From assembly GCA_050506795.1 (NCBI GenBank), contig JBJHCF010000004.1, forward strand, positions 64,001 through 128,000: a stretch of 64,000 bases of DNA. The letters are read 5' to 3'. The DNA is from Opitutia bacterium (GTDB lineage: Bacteria > Verrucomicrobiota > Verrucomicrobiia > Opitutales > T3Sed10-336). A program made the position numbers and the translations under genes. Below the pieces are notes generated by a model. That model did not search any database, was not told where the DNA came from, and saw only the letters and a list, made by a program, of their open reading frames with translations. Positions 57,195-64,000 of this stretch are shown piece after piece; within the stretch, counting starts at the first letter, position 1; each line of letters begins with the position of its first letter.

Positions 57195-59717
57195 TCAGCC
57201 GGTTGAGTTTCCGGCTGAAAGGGCGTGCGACCGGCCGAGAAAGGCATGGTTAAAATAATTGTCCTCCAATCCCTTGTGGATGCCGTTCAGTTCGCTCGCC
57301 AGGCGTTCGTACGTTTTGCCCAGCGCGATTTCGGATTCTTTGGGCAAACCGCCGGGCTGCTCCCCGGTGCCGGCGAGCAATCCGTCGGGTAACCGGCTCA
57401 GGCGTCTTTGGATCCTGTCCATGGCGCGAATGATCTCGGGAAACTCATCGGTGCGGATCGTGTTTTGCAGCGCTTCGAGCACACCCCGCAACGCCGCCAG
57501 GCAATAGCCGATCGAACCGGGATTCTCCTGGTTCAGCCAGAGAAGGGCCGCTACGCGATCGGTTTGCGGGCGAGACCGGTAGGTGCGGCGGTAGGCGTCG
57601 AGGGAACCGAGCATGCGCAGCAGTGATACCAGAAACGGATCGGCTTCCTCTTCACCGTTCATCCGGTGAATTTCCCGGAGGACGTACATGCTCACCTCCA
57701 GGGTGGCCTGCGCCCGCTCCATCAACTTGCCCATCCGGTAGAAATGCCAGCTTTCGTCGCGAGGCATGGTGCGGGATGCGGTTCCCCGCAGCTCGGCCAG
57801 GCGCCTGACTGTATTACGGCAGGTTTCGCGCAGCGCGTCCCGTGAGACCCGTTTGGGAAGGTACGGTTTTTCCAGGGGCGACAGAGCCTGCAGCAGCGCG
57901 GTCCAGACCTCGGGGGTCACGAATTCCCGGGTCACTTGAGTGTTGTCCCGCGCCGCCCGCAGGCACCGCAGAACCGATGCCGGATCCCGGGCGTCATGCA
58001 GCAGTCCCCCGATAAACCCGCTGGACTCTTTGCGGGTGGGTTGGCGGCGCGGAGCGGTATCCTGCCCGGTCGCTTCAGCCACCGCCTTCCAGAGTGCCCG
58101 GGTGACCGCTCCCTGAGTCCGGCGGGCGCTCTCCCCGCTGCACTCTTCCAACACGAGCAACATGCGCGCGGTGTTCTCGGCGCGTTCCGTGTAGCGACCG
58201 ATCCAATACAGGCATTCGGCGGCGCGGCTGCCGATGGGGAGATCGTCGGTGAAAGTGGGGAAACTGATCGCCGGTCTTGTTTTCTCCGAGCGTTTGCCGC
58301 CGGCCTGTATCCAGATGTCCTTGCTGCCGGAAAATCGTTCGAAATGTCTGTCCTCGTTACGGCGCGTACTCTGCAGACACAACCCTCCGGGCAACACCTG
58401 CGGACGTTCGCCCAGGAGCAGAAAGCAGCGCAGGTAAAACGGGCGATCCACCCAGTCTCCCCGGCTGCGACGCGGGGCGCGGGACAGCTCCGGTTTGCTT
58501 TGGGCGGCGATGTATTCGGGATGAACTTTCAGCAACAGGTTCGGGTCCGGGTCGGTTCCGTTGCGAAAGCGCGCCTGCAGGAAATGTTTCAGCAACTCCG
58601 TGCTCTGCACCGGTTTCAGGGTCATGGCCGCCCGGCGTTGACGAACCAGGTTCGCCTGATCAGGGTCGCCGCAATCGTAGGTGGGAACGGTTTTCAGCAG
58701 GGGAGTTTCGCCGAGATAGTGACGAATGATCCTGTCCGAATAACGGAGCAGCGCCTTGTTGTCGGCGATTCCGCTCCCCAGCCCGTTCGACACCGCGACG
58801 GTTCCCTTGCGCAAACAGCTCATCAGGCCGGGGACACCTTCGCCGCTGGTGGAGCCGAAGGACACCGGGTCCATGGAGGTGCTGCGTATCCGCCGGTATA
58901 TGACATCCACCTGCTCCAACCCGCCCACCGTTTTCAGGTGCACGCGGTTCTCCCGCACCAGGAGGTCGTCGGGGGTCACGATCGGTATGCCCATGTGACG
59001 CGCCAGCAGACCTTCCTCGAAAAACGATTGTCCGGGTTCATTGCGCCCGGTGAGCAGGACCACCCGGGGATTTCGCGCGGGAGACAGTGCCCGCAAGGCT
59101 TCCACCATCTGGCCGGCAAAGGTATCCAGGGGATGGATTCCCTCGCCGTTCAGTAACTCCGGCAGGGCATCGGCCAGCATGTGCCGGTTCTGCAGGGCGT
59201 AGGAGAGTCCGAAGGGCAGGGCGAAATAGTTTTCCAACACCTGCCACTCGCCGCCGGTGGTGCGGCAGAGGTCCACCGCTCCGAACAGGACGTGATGCCG
59301 GTCGCCGGGATTGAGTTCGGAGATCTCCCGGAGAAACGCGGGATCCCTCAGCACCAGCGAATACGGCAGGACCCGGTCGCGCAGGATTTTCTGTTCCCCG
59401 TAGATATCGCGCACGAATAGATCGAACGCCCGGGCGCGCTGGATCACCGCGGCGCTCAGGCGCTCCCATTCCGATTCCGGCAGCACCAGCGGTGTCAGGT
59501 CGAGCGCGAAGGCGGGTTCGTGGTGTTCGGTGCCCGCCCCGGCCGCGTAATGCAACCCCAGCGCCGCCTGCGACCGGGCCAGACGCTGGCGCCGCCGGTT
59601 TAATTCTTCCGTCCCCAGCCGGCGCAGCACTCGCTTCATGGCCGCCGGCAGCGGCAATACGGCCTTGCCGCCGGCGCGGCGCGCGGAGTCAGTTTTGGTC
59701 GAGGGCGTTGAGTTCAT
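57195..59717 (-). CDS. Circularly permuted type 2 ATP-grasp fused to an alpha-E domain
   Basis: QRAR..DIYGEQ, WQVLEN..P.G.SYALQNR, VDVIYRR, GVPGL, ADNKA, PGGL, SKDIW; alpha-E LYWIGRYTERAENTAR. Confidence 0.88.
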   Translation of the reverse strand: MNSTPSTKTDSARRAGGKAVLPLPAAMKRVLRRLGTEELNRRRQRLARSQAALGLHYAAGAGTEHHEPAFALDLTPLVLPESEWERLSAAVIQRARAFDLFVRDIYGEQKILRDRVLPYSLVLRDPAFLREISELNPGDRHHVLFGAVDLCRTTGGEWQVLENYFALPFGLSYALQNRHMLADALPELLNGEGIHPLDTFAGQMVEALRALSPARNPRVVLLTGRNEPGQSFFEEGLLARHMGIPIVTPDDLLVRENRVHLKTVGGLEQVDVIYRRIRSTSMDPVSFGSTSGEGVPGLMSCLRKGTVAVSNGLGSGIADNKALLRYSDRIIRHYLGETPLLKTVPTYDCGDPDQANLVRQRRAAMTLKPVQSTELLKHFLQARFRNGTDPDPNLLLKVHPEYIAAQSKPELSRAPRRSRGDWVDRPFYLRCFLLLGERPQVLPGGLCLQSTRRNEDRHFERFSGSKDIWIQAGGKRSEKTRPAISFPTFTDDLPIGSRAAECLYWIGRYTERAENTARMLLVLEECSGESARRTQGAVTRALWKAVAEATGQDTAPRRQPTRKESSGFIGGLLHDARDPASVLRCLRAARDNTQVTREFVTPEVWTALLQALSPLEKPYLPKRVSRDALRETCRNTVRRLAELRGTASRTMPRDESWHFYRMGKLMERAQATLEVSMYVLREIHRMNGEEEADPFLVSLLRMLGSLDAYRRTYRSRPQTDRVAALLWLNQENPGSIGYCLAALRGVLEALQNTIRTDEFPEIIRAMDRIQRRLSRLPDGLLAGTGEQPGGLPKESEIALGKTYERLASELNGIHKGLEDNYFNHAFLGRSHALSAGNSTG

Positions 59718-61644
59718 CGACTACCTGGCTCCAATCGTTCATGGCCCGGCTGAGGGCCTGTTTCAATTCCTCGTATTCCGTTACCGTCGCTCGCGCCTGA
59801 TCGGCTTTTTCGTAGAGGTTTGGGTTAGCCATTAACAATTCCAGTTCCGCCTGACGCGACTCCAGTTCGGCGATCTTTTTCTCCAGTTCGGATTCGCGCT
59901 TCCGCAGCGGTTTCAGGCGATTGGCGCGCTCCTGTCGCTCCCCGGCCTCACGTCGGCGCCGTTCCCTGGGGGAGAGGTTGCCGCCCGTGGCCGGAGTTCG
60001 AGCCGCCGGCATCCCGCCCTGCGGACCGAGAGCCGCCTTTTCCTCCTCGCGGCGGGCCAGGTAGTCGGTGACGTTACCCGGGAGCGATCGCAGGCCGTTG
60101 TGACTGACTTCCAGGACCTTGTTGACGATGGGGTCGAGAAAGGCGCGGTCGTGGGAGACGATGACGTAGGTCGCGGGAAATGCGGCCAGTGCTTGTTGCA
60201 GGACCGACTTCGACCGCATGTCGAGGTGATTGGTGGGTTCGTCCAGGATGAGAAAGTTGCCCGCCTGCAGAAGCATGCGCACCAGGGCCAGCCGGCTCTT
60301 TTCGCCCCCGGAGAGGACCGACACCGATTTGAAAACGTCGTCGCCGCGAAACAGGAACGCTCCCAGCAGGGTGCGGATGCGGGTTTCCGCCACGCCGGTG
60401 GCTTTTTCCTCGGCGGCCTCAAGCACGGATTGCCGCGGATTCAGTTCCTGGGCCTGGTGCTGGGCGAAGAATGAAAGGCTGACGTTGTGCCCCGGTTTTC
60501 GCAGCCCGGCGGTGGAGGGTTCCACTCCGGCCATGATGCGGGCCAGCGTCGATTTTCCGGCGCCGTTCACCCCCACGATGGCGATACGGTCCCCGCGCTC
60601 TACCCGCAGGTCGACGTCCCGGAAGACGGTCAGATCCCCGTAACGCTTCTCCAGTCCCTGCAACTCCATTACCACCTGACCGCTCTTTGGCGGTTTCGGA
60701 AACTCGAAGGCGATCCCGTCCTCCTCTTCCTCCAGCTCGATCCTTTCCACCTTGTCCAAATGTTTTATCCGGCTCTGCACCTGGGCCGCCTTGGTGGCCT
60801 TGGCCCGGAAGCGGTCGATGAAACGCTGGGTCTGATCGATCTTTTTCTGCTGGTTGGCCTGGGCCTGAACCCGGATCGCCTTCCGGTGAGCGCTCTCGCG
60901 TTCGAAATAGGAGTAGTTTCCGGAATAATCCTCAAGCCGGCCGAGCGAAAGAGCCAGGGTGCGGGTGCAGAGGGTGTCGAGGAAAGCGCGGTCGTGCGAA
61001 ACCAGGATCAGAGCGCCGTCGTAGTTGCGCAGGTAGCTCTCCAGCCAATGCTGCGACTCGATATCCAGGTGATTGGTGGGCTCGTCCAGCAACAGCAGGG
61101 ACGGCTCGCGCAGCAGGAGCTTCGCCATGGCCAGGCGCATCTGCCAGCCTCCGCTGAACTCCCCGGTCGGCCGCTCCATGTCCTCCATTCGAAATCCCAA
61201 TCCGAGGAGGATACTCTCGATCTTGGATTTCATGCGAAAGGCATCCAGTTCCTCCAGCCGATGCCGCAATTCGCCCTCTATCTCCAGCAACTCCGCCTGA
61301 CGGGGATCATCGGCGGGCAGACTTTCGCTCTCTTGGTGCAGCGCCTCCAGACGTTGCCGCACCTCCAGCACCGCCTCAAACGCCGTTTCCGCCTCAGCGT
61401 ACACCGTTTTCCCGGAAACCGTGAGGCCGTCCTGCGGCAGATAACCCACCGTGACGTAACGGGCCCGCGCCACCTGCCCGCGTTCCGGATCCGCTTCTCC
61501 GGCAATAATCTTCAGAAGGGTGGTTTTGCCCGCGCCGTTGGACCCCACCAAACCGATGCGGTCGTGCGGCAAAATGTTGGCGTTGATTCCATCAAACAGT
61601 TTTCGTCCCCCATATTGAAGGAAAAGGTTTTCCAGCGAGAGCAT
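59689..61644 (-). CDS. ABC-F family ATPase
   Basis: Two ABC cassettes (GSNGAGKT, FSGGWQMR, LDEPTNHLD; GVNGAGKS, LSGGEKSR) with linker and C-terminal coiled coil. Confidence 0.95.
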   Translation of the reverse strand: MLSLENLFLQYGGRKLFDGINANILPHDRIGLVGSNGAGKTTLLKIIAGEADPERGQVARARYVTVGYLPQDGLTVSGKTVYAEAETAFEAVLEVRQRLEALHQESESLPADDPRQAELLEIEGELRHRLEELDAFRMKSKIESILLGLGFRMEDMERPTGEFSGGWQMRLAMAKLLLREPSLLLLDEPTNHLDIESQHWLESYLRNYDGALILVSHDRAFLDTLCTRTLALSLGRLEDYSGNYSYFERESAHRKAIRVQAQANQQKKIDQTQRFIDRFRAKATKAAQVQSRIKHLDKVERIELEEEEDGIAFEFPKPPKSGQVVMELQGLEKRYGDLTVFRDVDLRVERGDRIAIVGVNGAGKSTLARIMAGVEPSTAGLRKPGHNVSLSFFAQHQAQELNPRQSVLEAAEEKATGVAETRIRTLLGAFLFRGDDVFKSVSVLSGGEKSRLALVRMLLQAGNFLILDEPTNHLDMRSKSVLQQALAAFPATYVIVSHDRAFLDPIVNKVLEVSHNGLRSLPGNVTDYLARREEEKAALGPQGGMPAARTPATGGNLSPRERRRREAGERQERANRLKPLRKRESELEKKIAELESRQAELELLMANPNLYEKADQARATVTEYEELKQALSRAMNDWSQVVDELNALDQN

Positions 61645-61741
61645 ACCACCTATCTCCCACCGAATTGCCCCAAAGCTCCAGATAAATTTATCACTCTCAT
61701 CCGCCCCCCCTTGGCGGCCGGCATCCCGCGCCGCCGCCGAT

Positions 61742-61801
61742 CCGGGAACGCGGGCCTCTTGTCCGCTCCGGCAACGGCGGAGCGTTGCCCTCCACAAAAC
61801 G
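61742..61801. repeat. Composite REP cluster
   Basis: CCGGGAACGCGGGCCTCTTGTCCGCTC followed by CGGCAACGGCGGAGCGTTGCCCTCCACAAAACG, identical to 57078-57110. Confidence 0.78.
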
Positions 61802-61896
61802 TGAGTGGCGCCCCCGCGCCGCCGCGATTCTACATGAAACTTGGGGGTTGTGTCGCGGGTCGGTAGTGGATCACACTTTACTCAAAAGAAAGGCTT

Positions 61897-62891
<995 letters not shown>

Positions 62892-62895
<4 letters not shown>

Positions 62896-63794
62896 GCGTT
62901 TCCCTGGTCGAACTGCTCTCCCCGGCGACTTTGTCCCGGATTGAGAACTACGCGCTGCTGGCCAAGGTGGCGGTGGAAGGTTACCTGTCCGGCCTGCACC
63001 GCAGTTTCTCCCGGGGGCAGGGCAGCGAGTTCCTGCAGTACCGGAGTTACACCCCGGGCGACGACCTGAAGTACGTCGACTGGAAGGTCTTTTCCCGCAG
63101 CGACCGGTTCTACACCAAGGTCTACCAGGAGGAGACCAATATGAACTGCTACCTCGTCCTGGACGCCAGCGCCTCCATGGACTACCAGGGGGAGCGGGCG
63201 GTGTGCTCCAAGTGGCGCTACTCCGCCATGGTCGCCGCCTGCCTGGCCTACCTGGCCTCGCGGCAGGGGGACAACGTGGGGCTCTGCCTTTACAACGACG
63301 ACATCGTCGAAATGATCGACTCCCGCAACCGCCAGGGGCAGTTGCAGCGGATTCTGAGCGCTCTGGCGAAAACCGTTCCCTCCGGCGGCGCCAACCACCA
63401 ATACGCCTGGAACTACCTCTCGGGTCACCTGAAAAACCGGGGCATGGTGGTGTTCCTGTCCGATTTCCTGGAGGCGGAGGAGAATCTGCCCCCGATCCTC
63501 AAACGGATTCGCTTCGCGCGCCACGAGTGCGTCTCCATCCAGGTGCTCGACCCGGACGAAACCGATCTGCCCTTCGACCGCGCCACCGAGTTCATCGACC
63601 CGGAAAGCGGCTGGCGCATTCTCACCAATCCGGAAAAAGTGCGGGCTCACTACATGGAAAGAATGAACGATTTTATGACGCGGTTGTCGGTAGCCTTGAT
63701 GCGTTCGCAGGTGGAATTTTTATCGCTGACGAGCTCGGACTCCCTGGCTCGCTCCCTGGCGGCGTACCTGCACAAGCGGGAGGCTTTACGGTAA
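62892..63794 (+). CDS. DUF58 (vWA) MoxR-associated protein
   Basis: GLHRS, EFLQYRSYTPGDD, VDWK, LDASASM, GDNVGL, LSDF. Confidence 0.92.
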
Positions 63795-63896
63795 AATGCT
63801 GTCGGGCTTCGCCGGCGGGTTACTAGCGGGGTGCTGAGTCCTAAAACCGGAAAGTTGTTGTCGATGAGTCAAGTTTTTCGAGTATGTGTCACAAAA

Positions 63897-63945
63897 GTAG
63901 CTCACGCTTCCAGCGTGAGTTTTGCACGCAAGATGCGTGCGCTAC
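63897..63945. repeat. Inverted pair of GTAG-type REPs
   Basis: GTAGCTCACGCTTCCAGCGTG (+, 63897-63917) and GTAGCGCACGCATCTTGCGTG (-, 63925-63945). Confidence 0.75.
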
Positions 63946-64000
63946 ATTGGTCTGAGGCGATCCCTAGCTAGGTCTATGCTGGCGTTTCAATATTCATGGG

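Overview
Bacterial chromosomal DNA, most likely Verrucomicrobiota (Opitutales-like; inferred from gene families, not from a database search). Bases 1-16910 look like the right-hand part of an element integrated at a tRNA-Ser gene, ending in a duplicated tRNA 3' end at 16885-16910. It carries a phage-like replication/recombination operon (SF4/RepA-type helicase missed by the ORF track, AEP primase, family A DNA polymerase, Xis-like HTH, Hjc-like resolvase, PD-(D/E)xK exonuclease, SSB-like protein, two unknown genes) and a divergent heavy-metal cargo (leader, czcCBA-like, Cys-tailed protein, P1B ATPase). No virion or integrase genes are in view. The most striking feature is a Cys/His-rich exported leader with a RAPP arrest-like motif. 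Its stop codon overlaps a three-way-junction RNA fold that sequesters the czcC ribosome-binding site, making it a candidate metal-sensing translation-arrest switch. The CzcA it precedes has a TM4 Asp->Ser change paired with a TM10 Asn->Asp change. The rest is mostly core genome: orphan lasso B2, histidine kinases, sufUS, yfiR, an internally deleted TonB-receptor pseudogene, MetX-family acyltransferase, MFS, pfk, SNF2, prlC, tamB/tamA, ychF, tRNA-Pro, tRNA-fMet, a sigma54 activator with aas, mrp, tolB, sodA, tadA, infA, cysK, cpATP-grasp/alpha-E, ABC-F, moxR/DUF58, several REP-type repeat families and a heptamer array. All calls come from motif reading by eye.
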